64,000 nucleotides of DNA. It comes from Candidatus Poribacteria bacterium (lineage in GTDB: Bacteria; Poribacteria; WGA-4E; WGA-3G). A program made the position numbers and the translations under genes. Where the stretch lies: positions 928,001 through 992,000 of the forward strand of contig CBDANF010000002.1 in NCBI GenBank assembly GCA_965197475.1, written 5' to 3'. Below the pieces are notes generated by a model, which saw only the letters and a list, made by a program, of their open reading frames with translations, searched no databases and was not told the DNA's origin. This document shows, in pieces, positions 49,435 through 60,692 of this stretch (the first letter of the stretch is position 1; every line of letters begins with the position of its first letter).

Positions 49435-49757
49435 AAATTCCTCCTAAAAATGTGAATGTAATAATTATTCCAGGTAGTTAAACCTATTCATGCATAACAC
49501 GTTTAGGAGGTTATTTTGGTTTCAATTTGAATCGGATGTAAACTTTTGTATGAAGATTAAAAAATAATTCGGTAATTTTCTATCAATGCTCGGTGCGGTT
49601 AGGAAACCGCACCTACCGGGTTGGGGACCCTAAATTGACACCTATGGGTAGAGCTTGCGAAACCCAACATTGTCTGAACCATTTTCCCCTTGCAATCACA
49701 CACCGAATCACATATAATTGCCATTGTATCAAACATCAGCAAGCACAAAAGGACACC

Positions 49758-52700
49758 ATGCCATCTCTCAACATCAAACCTACGCACAAACCGATCAAAA
49801 CATACTACGCGGAACTGGAAAAATATGCGCAACTCGGTGCAGAAAACGAGGGCAGTGTCCGAGCCGCATTCCAAAACCTACTACAGCACTATTGCGGACA
49901 ATCCAACCTCACGCTCCTCTGCGAAAAGACGATCCACACCACAGACAATAGACGCATAACTCCCGATGGCGAAATCGTGGACGTTTACGGTTTACCACAC
50001 GGCTATTGGGAAGCAAAAGATACACAGGACGACCTACATAGCGAGGCGGACAAGAAGTTTGCGGCAGGCTACCCCTCCAAAAACATCGTGTTTCAATCGC
50101 CGACACACGCGCTCCTCTATCAAAACGGGCAGATGAGTCTTGACTTAGACATCACCGATGCAAAAAACCTTGTCCAAGTGCTACAAACCTTCTTTGCGTA
50201 CCAGGAGGAGAACATCTCGGCATGGCATGAGGCTGTTGCGGAATTCAGAGAGATTGTCCCCGAACTCGGTGAAAAATTGGCAGCGTTAATTGAAACTGAA
50301 CGTCAGAACAATCCACATTTTCATGAGGCGTTCTCCAAGTTTCATCAGCAGTGCCAAACCTCAATCAACCCGAACCTTTCCATCGCAGCAGTTGAGGAGA
50401 TGCTTATTCAGCATCTGTTAACCGAACGGATTTTCGCTACCATTTTTGATAATCGTGACTTCACCCGTAGAAATATCATTGCACGCGAGATTGAAACCGT
50501 CATTGATGTGCTGACCGAACGGACGTTGAACCGCTCCGAATTTCTCCGTCCTTTGAACCCGTTCTATGTGGCAATAGAGAAAACTGCCCGCACGATTACT
50601 GACTTTTCACAGAAACAGGGATTTTTGAATGCCGTTTATGAGCAGTTTTTTCAAGGCTTTTCCATCAAGGTAGCAGATACGCACGGCATCGTCTATACAC
50701 CGCAACCGATAGTAGATTTTATGGTGAAAAGCGTTGAACATATCTTGCAGACAACGTTTGGTCGTTCCTTGTCCGATAGTGGTGTGCATATCATTGACCC
50801 GTTTGTCGGCACAGGCAACTTCATTGTCCGTATTATGCAGGAACTTGACCCGATCGCTTTAGAACGAAAATACACAGCTGACCCACCAGAACTGCAATGC
50901 AATGAGGTGATGCTCCTACCATACTATATTGCCAGTCTGAACATAGAACATCAGTTTTTCACGACAACGAACCGATATGCCGCTTTTGAAGGTATCTGCC
51001 TCGTGGATACGTTTGAGATAGCAGAGGAACGGCAGATGTCGTTATTTGTGCCTGCCAATGCAGAACGCGTTGAAAAGCAGAAGCAGACACCGATGTTCGT
51101 AGTTATCGGCAATCCGCCCTACAATATGGGACAGGTGAATGAGAACGACAACAACAAAAATCGCAAATACGAGACCATGGATAAGAAGATTAAGGACACG
51201 TATGCGAAAGACTCTAAAGCAACGAACGTAAATAAACTCTACGATCCTTACGTCAAAGCGATTCGGTGGAGTTTGGAGAGAATTGGTGAGGAGGGAATTG
51301 TCGCTTTTATTACGAACAACAGTTTTCTTGATAGCATTGCGTTTGATGGTATGCGGAAACACCTTGCAGCAGATTGCGATGCAATTTACGTTCTGGATTT
51401 AGGTGGTAATGCACGGCGGGGATTGAAGGTCTCCGATGCCAATGTGTTCGGGATTCGTGTCGGGGTGAGCATCAATCTATTTGTAAAGAAAAAGGGAGAT
51501 TCATCAGAAAGACCGCAACTCTTTTACTATCGCACTGATGACCTGTGGAACAGAAAACGGAAGTTTGACTTTCTGAATGAAAGTCAACATGCAGGTGGTA
51601 TTGAATGGCAACCGATTCAACCGGATGCGCGGCGGACATGGCTCACCGAAGGACTCCACACTGAATTTGATACTTTTATGCCAATGGGGACCAAAGAAGC
51701 AAAGGCAGCAAAAAGTGATGTGGTGAACGTAATTTTCAAAACCTATGGTATTGGTGTTAACACGAACCGTGATGCATGGGTTTATAACTTCAACCGAGAT
51801 GTTCTTGCCCAGAAAATGATCCTTACGATTGAAACCTATAACTCGGAAATTAATCGATGGGAACGACGCACTGAACGGAATGCAAACATTGACGATTTTG
51901 TGTTGTCTGACGAGAAAAAAATAAAATGGAGTCGTAACTTAAAACAGGAATTGAAACGAAACAAAATCGCTGAATACGCTGAACAAAAACTGAGAAATTC
52001 ACTCTACCGTCCTTTCACAAAATCCTACCTATTTTTTGATTCCATTATGAATAATGAAGTTTCGCACATTTCTACTACTTTTCCCACACCTGAAACTGAT
52101 AAAGAGAATCGCGTGATTTGTGTCAACGGTATAGGAAATACCAAGCCTTTTCATACTTTGATGGTTGATGTGATACCTGATCTCCATCTTACAGGCGATT
52201 CTCAGTGCTTCCCCTTCTACACCTACGACGAAGATGGCGCAAATCGCCGCGAAAACATCACCGATTGGGCATTGGCACAGTTCCGCACACACTACAAAGA
52301 CGACTCCATCACCAAGTGGGACATCTTCCACTATAACTATGGCATCCTGCATTATCCTGCGTATCGTGAAAAGTATCAGGCGAACCTCAAACGCGATCTG
52401 CCGCATATCCCAACCCCCCTCGCCCCCCTTGACAGAGGGGTTGCTGCAGATTTTTGGGGATTTGCCAACGCAGGTGCGCGGTTGGCAGAAATCCATGTCA
52501 ACTACGAATCGCAACCCGAATACGATAAACTGAAGTTAGTGCAGAACCCAAACGTCCCGCTCAATTGGCGCGTTGAAAAGATGAAACTCGCCAAAGACAA
52601 AACCTCGCTTGTCTACAACGATTTCCTAACGCTTGACAGCATCCCTGCAAAAGCGTTTGATTATCGGCTCGGTACCCGTTCCGCGTTGGAATGGTTAATC

Positions 52701-52856
52701 AATCAGTATTGTGTCAAAACGGACAAGCGGAGTGGCATCGTCAACGACCCGAATCGTGTGGATGATCCGCAGTATATTGTGCGGTTGATTGGGCAGGTGA
52801 TTTCGGTTAGCTTGGCTACGGTGGATATTGTTGAGAATTTACCTGCGTTACGGTAG
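49758..52856 (+). CDS. Single-polypeptide RM enzyme (PD-(D/E)xK nuclease, N6-adenine MTase, type ISP-like specificity domain; no helicase)
   Basis: TPDG...WEAK, GIVYTP, DPFVGTGNF, GNPPY, YRPF; AGGA RBS before 49758. Confidence 0.88.
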   Translation: MPSLNIKPTHKPIKTYYAELEKYAQLGAENEGSVRAAFQNLLQHYCGQSNLTLLCEKTIHTTDNRRITPDGEIVDVYGLPHGYWEAKDTQDDLHSEADKKFAAGYPSKNIVFQSPTHALLYQNGQMSLDLDITDAKNLVQVLQTFFAYQEENISAWHEAVAEFREIVPELGEKLAALIETERQNNPHFHEAFSKFHQQCQTSINPNLSIAAVEEMLIQHLLTERIFATIFDNRDFTRRNIIAREIETVIDVLTERTLNRSEFLRPLNPFYVAIEKTARTITDFSQKQGFLNAVYEQFFQGFSIKVADTHGIVYTPQPIVDFMVKSVEHILQTTFGRSLSDSGVHIIDPFVGTGNFIVRIMQELDPIALERKYTADPPELQCNEVMLLPYYIASLNIEHQFFTTTNRYAAFEGICLVDTFEIAEERQMSLFVPANAERVEKQKQTPMFVVIGNPPYNMGQVNENDNNKNRKYETMDKKIKDTYAKDSKATNVNKLYDPYVKAIRWSLERIGEEGIVAFITNNSFLDSIAFDGMRKHLAADCDAIYVLDLGGNARRGLKVSDANVFGIRVGVSINLFVKKKGDSSERPQLFYYRTDDLWNRKRKFDFLNESQHAGGIEWQPIQPDARRTWLTEGLHTEFDTFMPMGTKEAKAAKSDVVNVIFKTYGIGVNTNRDAWVYNFNRDVLAQKMILTIETYNSEINRWERRTERNANIDDFVLSDEKKIKWSRNLKQELKRNKIAEYAEQKLRNSLYRPFTKSYLFFDSIMNNEVSHISTTFPTPETDKENRVICVNGIGNTKPFHTLMVDVIPDLHLTGDSQCFPFYTYDEDGANRRENITDWALAQFRTHYKDDSITKWDIFHYNYGILHYPAYREKYQANLKRDLPHIPTPLAPLDRGVAADFWGFANAGARLAEIHVNYESQPEYDKLKLVQNPNVPLNWRVEKMKLAKDKTSLVYNDFLTLDSIPAKAFDYRLGTRSALEWLINQYCVKTDKRSGIVNDPNRVDDPQYIVRLIGQVISVSLATVDIVENLPALR

Positions 52857-53019
52857 TAGGCACACTCCGTGTGCCGTAAACAAAAAAACACGTCCTTTGT
52901 AGGGCGTTTTGTAAGCATACTCTTCGCGGCTTTTGACATATTAATTTACTCACGATTAGCGATTGTGTTGAGGTGAAATATTTATAATCCTAAATGCTAC
53001 AGAATAACTTGATTTCACC

Positions 53020-53048
53020 TTGACTTTTATTGCTATATATGCTATAAT
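53020..53048 (+). promoter_or_regulatory. Putative promoter of the STAND gene
   Basis: TTGACT-N17-TATAAT with TG extension. Confidence 0.6.
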
Positions 53049-53156
53049 CTAATTAACGGTTTAATGTGGTGTTAAGATAGAATTCAATACAGAAATTCTT
53101 GTTTTGTCTTAATCCGACAAAACTTTTGAATTTGTTAAACATGAGGTGTTAATCCA

Positions 53157-56100
53157 ATGAATATGCAGAAGTCTCAAGAAAAAATTGAAGAATTGATGGC
53201 GTTGTTTCTATTTCGGGTTAAAAGTGCAAATGCAATGGGTAAGACAGACATCAATCGGATAGCTGAAACTGTGTTAATTCCACTGTTTTCAGAGATCTAT
53301 GGACATGAAGATTTGAGAAATTTAAATACATCTGAGAACCCTAATTTTCCTGCGATTGACTTGGGAGACAAAAAAACAAGAACTGCCTATCAAATCACAT
53401 CAGATCCTAGTTCCCAAAAAATTAAAGAAACTTTAACTAAATTCGTTGAACATGGACTGCACAATGAATATAATCATCTCATCGTCTATATTTTAACAGA
53501 AAAACAACAATCATATCGTGCAAAATTTGACGACATAATAAAAGGTAAATTTAGTTTTAACGCGAAAAATGACATAAGAGATTTTAAAGACTTGCTCAAA
53601 GAAATCTCAAGCTTTTCTATAGAGAAGTTGCAAAAGATAGAAGAGTTACTTGAGCAACAATTTGGTGAAGAAAAAGATGATCCTCAAGATATAGTGGATT
53701 GGATAGAATCTGTCAACAACTATTGGAGAGGTGAAGAAAGTTCAAGCAAGATTAAAATTGATCGTGAGATAGTACGTAATGACTTGTATGACTTTGCATC
53801 GCAAGACAACGGAATAGTTATCGGAAGTCCGGGGGTTGGAAAAACTTATTTACTCAAAGAACTTCTTCGTCATCTCAAATCAGAAGATATACCTCATTTA
53901 TTACTACCCATTGACCTGCTCGGTGACAGCAATCCCAAAGAGTGGCCGGATGGTTTTTCTTTTCAAGGTAATTTAATAGATGCTCTCAAGTCCGTCCCTA
54001 TTTCCGAGAAGAAAGGTATTATAGTTTTTGATGGATTTGATGCCGCAAGAGACGACAAAAAACGCAAAAACTTTTTGATTCTCATTCAACAGGCAATTCA
54101 GGAACTCGACAATTGGAATGTAATAGTAACGGTTCGGACTTATGACGCAAAAAAATCGAAGGAACTTTTAGCCTTGTTTAAAGGTCCTAATGAATCTGAT
54201 CAAACAAAATACCAGATTGAAAAGATTTTGTGTCGACATTTTAGTATTGCACCTTTCAGTCAGGACGAGATTTTGCATGCCTTAAATCAGATTGGATACC
54301 CCGAAACGATCTACTTAGAGGGTTCTGATGAATTTAAGTCTATCTTATCAAATCCTTTCAATATCTGGGTATTGGAGAACATCCTTAAGTTCTCATCACA
54401 TGAAGATATTAGAACTCTTAGCAAAATTCGTTCAGAAGTACAGCTGCTTGATCGGTTTTGGGAACAACGAATTGAGAATGAAAACAGTGAACGTGTTTTA
54501 CGACGTATCTCAAGTAAAATGGTAGAGAATCGTTCATTGATTGTGAAAATAGATGACATTTATGACAATGTGGACCTTGACAATCCAGAGAGGAGAATCG
54601 CTTGGGATAAGCTTCAGAGTGATGAAATCTTATCAAAGACATCTTCTACTAGACAACAACTTGCTTTTTCTCACAACATCCTTTTTGACTACGCCATTAG
54701 TGTCCTGCATATTGAAGACGATCCCAAAGAACTTGAAGCATTTTTGGAAATAGATCAGGCACGCGCTCTTTTTCTTCGTCCAAGTCTTACTTATTTTTTC
54801 ACTCGTCTCTGGTACTATAAACCAGATAGTTTCTGGCAAGCTTTCTGGCATATTTTACCAAAGGATCAATCCGTGCATTTACGTCTTGTCGCACGCTTAA
54901 TTCCACCAAGTGTTATCGCAAATGAAGCCCGTAAGGTTAAAGAACTGAAACCGCTTTTTGAGAAACTATCCAATCCTGATGATCTCATAAACAACGCAAT
55001 AATGTGGCTTCTACAATCCTTACGAACGCTTCAATCTGAGCATGACTCGCTCTGGATTGATTTTTTTGATCGGGTTTCGGAGCATTTGAATGTTAACTTT
55101 GCTATGGATTTAGCAACTCTTACTTCGGGAATACTTGACCGTGCTATTGAGACCGATAAGTCAGATATAATAAATACTTGTGGACGCATAGGGCGTCGAC
55201 TCCTTGAATGGGTTTGGCAAGAAAAAGAAACGAAGGCCGACGACTGGTATAACCGCCTCGGTGGTTATTGGGCAGTACCACTTGTTTCCAAAACATTTCA
55301 CACCAATGTTGAAGAATCTCGCGTACTTCTTGAAAAAGTTCTTAAACTTATGAATGAGGACAATTTTCCGATAGGCTTTTTGTCGCGGTTGTCTGAACAT
55401 ATAGACAAAATTTGGGATCATGATCCAGAATTTGCAATCTTAATATATCGTACTGTTTTTTCACACCAATTTACCAGTGAAGGAGAGACACAACGCGGTA
55501 CCCCTATTTTATCTATAACTACCTATCGGAGCCAAGATTTCAGTATGTGTCAATATCGTTTGGTAAAGCATTTCCACCAATTTCTGCAAGAAAATCCCAA
55601 ACCTGCAACACAAGCAGCAATCCAAAGTTTAAACTGCTTTATTGCTAAAGAACATGTTTTCCAGTTTTCCAGAAAAGATATGACAATTGAAGAATTAAAT
55701 GAACCGTTCGATATTCATGGAAAAACTGCAAATTTTGTACAAGACCATAGTTATATTTGGGACGCCCGAAGTTCTTCCGATGAACCAATTGAAATGGTGG
55801 ATTCTCTGTTTGAATACATTGCAGAATTGGCAGAGGATAAAGAAAAACATCCACTGCTCGATTCACTACTTGATGTATTTATTGATCATGTGGTGTTCGC
55901 TTTCTTCTGGAAAAGATTATTGAAAACTGCATCAAAGTTTCCTAAGGTTTTTGCACCACGTCTGTTTGAATTATGTATAGCGAAACCGATACTACTATAT
56001 CTTGAAGTTTCTTATGAACTTGGTCTGTTCTTAGAAAATGCTGCGTCTGAATTTTTATCTGACAACAAACTTCGCCAAATAGAAGAAAGTATCTTAGCAC

Positions 56101-57821
56101 TCCCTACTGAAGTTAAGGACCAGGAAAATGACGACTATCTTATAATGCATAGAAATAGTCTTCTTGCACGTATACCTAAGGAATTACTATCTACAGAAAA
56201 AGCGAAGTTAATTAGAGAAGAAATGGAGCATGAAAATAATGTTCCAGAGAATCGTCCACCAGTATCCTTTAACATATGGTCAGAATCTTACACAGAGGAA
56301 AAGTGGCTTAGAGATAAAGGTGTTGATACGACTACTCCTGAAAATGAGAAATTACAAGAATTTTCTCAAATTCTTGAACAATTCTGCAAGGATTGGAAAA
56401 AGGATGGTCCTACTTCGGAAGCCGCTAAATTGGTTTTGCCTCAATTGCAAATGGTTTACACTACTGTAACGAAAAACACAGCAGCAGATAATGAGATTGT
56501 CAATATACTCTGGCGTAAGCTAGTTGAGTGTGCAGCAATTCTCGCTGGAATTTCTGACAGTCTTGACAGTGATTCTTTTACATTTTGTCGTCAAGTAATC
56601 TTAGAAGGTGCAAAACATGAACTTCCCTTGCCTGACCCTCAATATGACGCTCAATATGATTCTACAGGATATTCACCATTTCCAAGACATGAAGCTGCGA
56701 AAGGGTTATCATTGCTTGCATATCACAAACCTGATACTGAAATATTAGATGCAATTGAAAAACTTGCTGACGATCCTGTTCCATCTGTCCGTATGTTAAC
56801 AGCAATGCAATTGACAAATGTGTATGCTAAAAATCCTGATAGATACTGGAAAATTATATATAAACGGTCAGAATTTGAGAGAAATCTTGTTGTTCAAGAA
56901 TGTCTCTATAGGACATTGAAACGTCTCGTAGCACATAATAAAGAGAATGAAAACAAGACAACGACCGTTATGGCTAAGTTACTTAACCATACGCCCTGTC
57001 CTGAATTAAAAATAGGAACATCAGACCCATTTATTAATTTGTTGATGTGGTTAGTGATAGAACGTGAAAATTCATGGGCAATAGACTTTATCAAAGATAC
57101 ATACTCCGATGATCCTATCCAACATTCAAGTTTGTTAACACGGATTGTTAGGCGGACAATGGAAAATTATGTGATTTCAGAGCAACTTGAATCTGATGGC
57201 GATCGTGAAATAGTTAAACGTGCAATTAATTGTGTTAGTGAAGTAATCACTGTTAGTTCAAAAAAGATTAAAGAACTATGTCTCAGCATAAATGAAAATA
57301 CAACTGAGGAAAAGCAGCAAAAATTACAGAATACTTACAGAGTGATTGATCAAGTGATATCAAGTCTTTACTATTCATTTGCACATGAGAAAGGGAAATC
57401 TGAAAATCAGACAGAGATAATCTCCAAGGAGATACGATGTCATTTTTATGAAGAAGTTAAACCTCTGATGCAACAAGTAATTGATTTCGCAGATGACTCT
57501 GAAACAGGTATCATGTTTGCTTCAACTGCACATGATTTCATTCAAGTTCTAACAAGTTTTCTTATCTGTAATCCAAAAGAAGTAATTCATTTTGTTGAAC
57601 TAGTTGCAAAGTCAAGCGAACGTTTCGGTTATAATCTTGATTCCATAGCGGTTAAAGATATCGTTGATTTCGTCGAAATTGTTCTTGCTGACTATAGGCA
57701 TGAAGTGCGAGATGACGAGGAAAGTTTGGAACATCTACTGAACTTATTAGATCTGTTCGCTAAAACAGGTTGGTCGGATGCACTTAACCTCGTTTGGCGA
57801 CTTGATGAGGTATTTCGGTAG
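53157..57821 (+). CDS. SMEK-domain STAND NTPase, Avs2-like anti-phage protein
   Basis: DIN..AE...NLN...NFPAIDLGD...QITS; GSPGVGKT; VFDGFD; VRTYD; NPF; FSHNILFDY; C-terminal LLDLF...GW..A..L..RLDEVFR. Confidence 0.78.
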   Translation: MNMQKSQEKIEELMALFLFRVKSANAMGKTDINRIAETVLIPLFSEIYGHEDLRNLNTSENPNFPAIDLGDKKTRTAYQITSDPSSQKIKETLTKFVEHGLHNEYNHLIVYILTEKQQSYRAKFDDIIKGKFSFNAKNDIRDFKDLLKEISSFSIEKLQKIEELLEQQFGEEKDDPQDIVDWIESVNNYWRGEESSSKIKIDREIVRNDLYDFASQDNGIVIGSPGVGKTYLLKELLRHLKSEDIPHLLLPIDLLGDSNPKEWPDGFSFQGNLIDALKSVPISEKKGIIVFDGFDAARDDKKRKNFLILIQQAIQELDNWNVIVTVRTYDAKKSKELLALFKGPNESDQTKYQIEKILCRHFSIAPFSQDEILHALNQIGYPETIYLEGSDEFKSILSNPFNIWVLENILKFSSHEDIRTLSKIRSEVQLLDRFWEQRIENENSERVLRRISSKMVENRSLIVKIDDIYDNVDLDNPERRIAWDKLQSDEILSKTSSTRQQLAFSHNILFDYAISVLHIEDDPKELEAFLEIDQARALFLRPSLTYFFTRLWYYKPDSFWQAFWHILPKDQSVHLRLVARLIPPSVIANEARKVKELKPLFEKLSNPDDLINNAIMWLLQSLRTLQSEHDSLWIDFFDRVSEHLNVNFAMDLATLTSGILDRAIETDKSDIINTCGRIGRRLLEWVWQEKETKADDWYNRLGGYWAVPLVSKTFHTNVEESRVLLEKVLKLMNEDNFPIGFLSRLSEHIDKIWDHDPEFAILIYRTVFSHQFTSEGETQRGTPILSITTYRSQDFSMCQYRLVKHFHQFLQENPKPATQAAIQSLNCFIAKEHVFQFSRKDMTIEELNEPFDIHGKTANFVQDHSYIWDARSSSDEPIEMVDSLFEYIAELAEDKEKHPLLDSLLDVFIDHVVFAFFWKRLLKTASKFPKVFAPRLFELCIAKPILLYLEVSYELGLFLENAASEFLSDNKLRQIEESILALPTEVKDQENDDYLIMHRNSLLARIPKELLSTEKAKLIREEMEHENNVPENRPPVSFNIWSESYTEEKWLRDKGVDTTTPENEKLQEFSQILEQFCKDWKKDGPTSEAAKLVLPQLQMVYTTVTKNTAADNEIVNILWRKLVECAAILAGISDSLDSDSFTFCRQVILEGAKHELPLPDPQYDAQYDSTGYSPFPRHEAAKGLSLLAYHKPDTEILDAIEKLADDPVPSVRMLTAMQLTNVYAKNPDRYWKIIYKRSEFERNLVVQECLYRTLKRLVAHNKENENKTTTVMAKLLNHTPCPELKIGTSDPFINLLMWLVIERENSWAIDFIKDTYSDDPIQHSSLLTRIVRRTMENYVISEQLESDGDREIVKRAINCVSEVITVSSKKIKELCLSINENTTEEKQQKLQNTYRVIDQVISSLYYSFAHEKGKSENQTEIISKEIRCHFYEEVKPLMQQVIDFADDSETGIMFASTAHDFIQVLTSFLICNPKEVIHFVELVAKSSERFGYNLDSIAVKDIVDFVEIVLADYRHEVRDDEESLEHLLNLLDLFAKTGWSDALNLVWRLDEVFR

Positions 57822-57858
57822 ATTTCTCATAAATATCTGCATTCTGAGGAACAATCAA

Positions 57859-57993
57859 ATGACTGCAGCAGTTATCATCACAGGTTCAATTCTTGGTGTA
57901 ATAGGTATCGGTTTTTCTATTTGGTCCATCATAAACACCAGAAAACGGTATTATGAAGAACATCAGAAACGAAAACACAGTGCAGAAGATTAA
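57859..57993 (+). CDS. Very small single-TM protein
   Basis: GAGGA RBS; hydrophobic helix followed by a basic tail. Confidence 0.45.
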   Translation: MTAAVIITGSILGVIGIGFSIWSIINTRKRYYEEHQKRKHSAED

Positions 57994-58094
57994 GAGTCCT
58001 ATCTTTCTGGCAATCCTGTAAATCAATACCGAATGTAGTATGCGCATTCGGCATTGATTTAGTGTTTTATAGGCTTTACGATAAGGATAAATTT

Positions 58095-58835
58095 ATGGGA
58101 ATTATAGAATGGCTAAATACAAATAATGGCGTGGTTATAGGCATTGCGACTGTTGTGCTTGTGGGCATCACAGGTTATTACGCCTATCTAACGTGGCGGA
58201 TGCTAAAAGCGAATAACACACCTGAAATTGCAGTTTCCCTCCGTCCTCACGAAGCGCACGTTAACCTCGTGATGCTTTGCATAGAGAATATAGGAACGGG
58301 AGCAGCCCATAATCTACAGTTCACAATTAATCCTCCTTCTATACCTAATCTTGACATACCATTTGAGAAAATCGGTTTTCTTCAAAATGGAATTGCCTAT
58401 TTTGAACCTGGTCGGAAGATTGAACAGTTTATCGTGAGTGCAACAAACAAGTTAGATGAACTAAAACAGACACCTTTTGAGGTTACTATTACGTATAGAG
58501 ATTCAGTGAACCATAAACATGAGCTCGCCTTTCATCTTGATTTTGGTGTTAATGAAGGCATGACACAGATTGACAGACCGCCACTTTTCGAGATAGCCAA
58601 GGCTACGAAAGACATGCAAAGGGATATACGCAATATTGCAACAGGTATTTATAAACCCACAATTCTTACGGAGACAGCGTCTGAACATCAACTGAAGCAG
58701 CGTGCCAATGCTCTGGAGACTCGGATAGCGCAACTCCCGAACGAGGTTCAGGAGGAAATATTACAAGAATTAGCTGCTGTTGTCACGAAGCGAGAGCAGG
58801 AAGTACGGGAAAAGAGCAAGATGAGGAAACATTAA
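58095..58835 (+). CDS. Hypothetical protein with an N-terminal TM anchor
   Basis: IATVVLV.IT.YYA..T, P.I, IEN.G.GAA. Confidence 0.7.
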   Translation: MGIIEWLNTNNGVVIGIATVVLVGITGYYAYLTWRMLKANNTPEIAVSLRPHEAHVNLVMLCIENIGTGAAHNLQFTINPPSIPNLDIPFEKIGFLQNGIAYFEPGRKIEQFIVSATNKLDELKQTPFEVTITYRDSVNHKHELAFHLDFGVNEGMTQIDRPPLFEIAKATKDMQRDIRNIATGIYKPTILTETASEHQLKQRANALETRIAQLPNEVQEEILQELAAVVTKREQEVREKSKMRKH

Positions 58836-58870
58836 AGGTTGAAGATTTATCATAAAGAGGAGGTGAGAAA

Positions 58871-59095
58871 GTGAAAATTCCAATTCATGTCCACTCTAAT
58901 AATGGTTGGGTAGTAGAAATTCCTGATGGCACGGAGGAACCGTTAACGGGGAACAATCAACAGTTATCTCTTGAGGAATTTGATAAAATAGCAGATCGGT
59001 TAGCAGAACTCTCTATGAAAATTCACGGTCCTGATGCCAAGCCGTTGTCCGATTACGCGATGAGCCGCGAAAGCATATACGAAGATCACCCATAG
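58871..59095 (+). CDS. Putative antitoxin
   Basis: GGAGG RBS; ends LSDYAMSRESIYEDHP; 2 bp upstream of a PIN gene. Confidence 0.7.
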   Translation: MKIPIHVHSNNGWVVEIPDGTEEPLTGNNQQLSLEEFDKIADRLAELSMKIHGPDAKPLSDYAMSRESIYEDHP

Positions 59096-59097
59096 TT

Positions 59098-59541
59098 ATG
59101 ATTTATCTGATTGACACCAATGTTTTGTTGGGATTTTCATATCCAGCTGATCAGAATTATCAAACCGTTCGATCTGCTGTTCATGAATTGTTGGCAAATG
59201 GTCATCAATTAAAGGCGACCCTCCAAAATTTCGCTGAATTTTGGAGGGCATCAACCCGACCCGCTGACGACAAGGGAAGCTTTGGGCTTACACCGTCTGA
59301 AACAGAACAGTTTTTGCAAAAATTGGAATTACTTTTCCCATTGCTGCCAGATTCACCTGATGTATATACCGAATGGAGACGACTCGCCGTGAAATATAGT
59401 GTATCAGGTAAAAAAGTTCACGATGCACGGTTAGTTGCAGCAATGATTTCTCATGGTATAACACATATCCTAACCTCTGATAAAAACTTTACCCGTTATG
59501 CTCCAGAAGGAATTGTCCGCGTTGATCCTGCGGCAGCTTAG
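59098..59541 (+). CDS. vapC: PIN-domain toxin
   Basis: YLIDTNVL, QN.AEF, HDARLVA, ILT.D..F. Confidence 0.88.
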   Translation: MIYLIDTNVLLGFSYPADQNYQTVRSAVHELLANGHQLKATLQNFAEFWRASTRPADDKGSFGLTPSETEQFLQKLELLFPLLPDSPDVYTEWRRLAVKYSVSGKKVHDARLVAAMISHGITHILTSDKNFTRYAPEGIVRVDPAAA

Positions 59542-59565
59542 CAAAAATTCCCTACCCACAAAACA

Positions 59566-60423
59566 TCAATCAGATTCCGGAACAGGCAACACCTCACGTT
59601 CAACCTCATGCACTTTGTCAGGAAAAGTCTCACCGCGAATCCACATCACAGGTTGCCCCTTATACGTTCCGTTCCCTTTTGCCCATTCTGCCTGTGCACT
59701 CAAGTAATGAGAGACATAACTACGCCGAAACCGCAGACTATGATTATCCGTGCTCTTATGTAAGAGATGACTGTGAAACCAGACGACGGCACCCGGTGGC
59801 ACTTCTACCGCAACACCGTCTTCATCGCGCGCACAGCGTGCCAGTTTGAATTCCCGCTGTTGTGAACCTTCAAGGTCATCATGCTCAAAAATATCGCCTT
59901 TGTGGCTACCAGGGATAACATAAAGACAACCGTTGTCCCGATCTGCTGGGTCAATAGCCGTCCACGTCCCGATGGTCGTTTCAGTATTAAACCTATTCCG
60001 AAAATAGAACTTGTCTTGATGCCAAGGGAAACCAATACCGATCTTAGGAGCCTTCCATATAAAAAGATTGTTGATACCGAGGATATCTGGACCCATCAGG
60101 TCAACAATTGGGTCAGTGAGGCGCGAATCACGTACACGGGTAAGGAATTCTGGGCAGAAACAACTTGGATGATGAATCTTATGCATCGCATAAATGCCTT
60201 GTTGCTCAATTTTTCCGTCTCTGACAAGTGCGTTCTGATCAATATGTGCAGACGGAAACGGACGTTTTCCGTCAACAATATCTTCAGCAACTTGACGGAG
60301 TGCATCGTTTTCCTCAGCGGTAAATACATCTAAGCGTATCAGATAGCCATTTTCGTTCCAAAAAGAAAGTTCTTCTGTGCTCAAATCAAAACGCCGTTCC
60401 TGCGGTGTGGATTTTGTGTTCAT
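59566..60423 (-). CDS. PhyH-family dioxygenase
   Basis: ENGY, WHQD, W.AID....NGCL.VIPGSH, FHS.LLHKS..N. Confidence 0.9.
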   Translation of the reverse strand: MNTKSTPQERRFDLSTEELSFWNENGYLIRLDVFTAEENDALRQVAEDIVDGKRPFPSAHIDQNALVRDGKIEQQGIYAMHKIHHPSCFCPEFLTRVRDSRLTDPIVDLMGPDILGINNLFIWKAPKIGIGFPWHQDKFYFRNRFNTETTIGTWTAIDPADRDNGCLYVIPGSHKGDIFEHDDLEGSQQREFKLARCARDEDGVAVEVPPGAVVWFHSHLLHKSTDNHSLRFRRSYVSHYLSAQAEWAKGNGTYKGQPVMWIRGETFPDKVHEVEREVLPVPESD

Positions 60424-60537
60424 CACATCTCCTATTTCTATGTTTTGGTTTGGGGAAATCCTAAGCATGCTGTATCATTATCAACTGCAAAGATAGTATC
60501 ATTTTTGACGAAAAAAGTCAAACACTACGAAGTCCCT

Positions 60538-60692
60538 TGCTGTGCAAAGTTCTTGACATTAACCACGTCCTCTTTCTTGTAGGAGGGGTTTGTAACCCCG
60601 ATTTCTTCCGTAGGAGCGACCTCCCGGTCGTGACCAGGAGGTCGCTCCTACAAAATCCGAGAACCACCCAATTGACAAAACTTTACATACCC
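60538..60692. mobile_element. Degenerate relative of the 45699-46210 MITE, carrying REP hairpins
   Basis: Right end AAAACTTTACATACCC; left end matches the IR at 16 of 21 positions; no clear target duplication. Confidence 0.5.
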
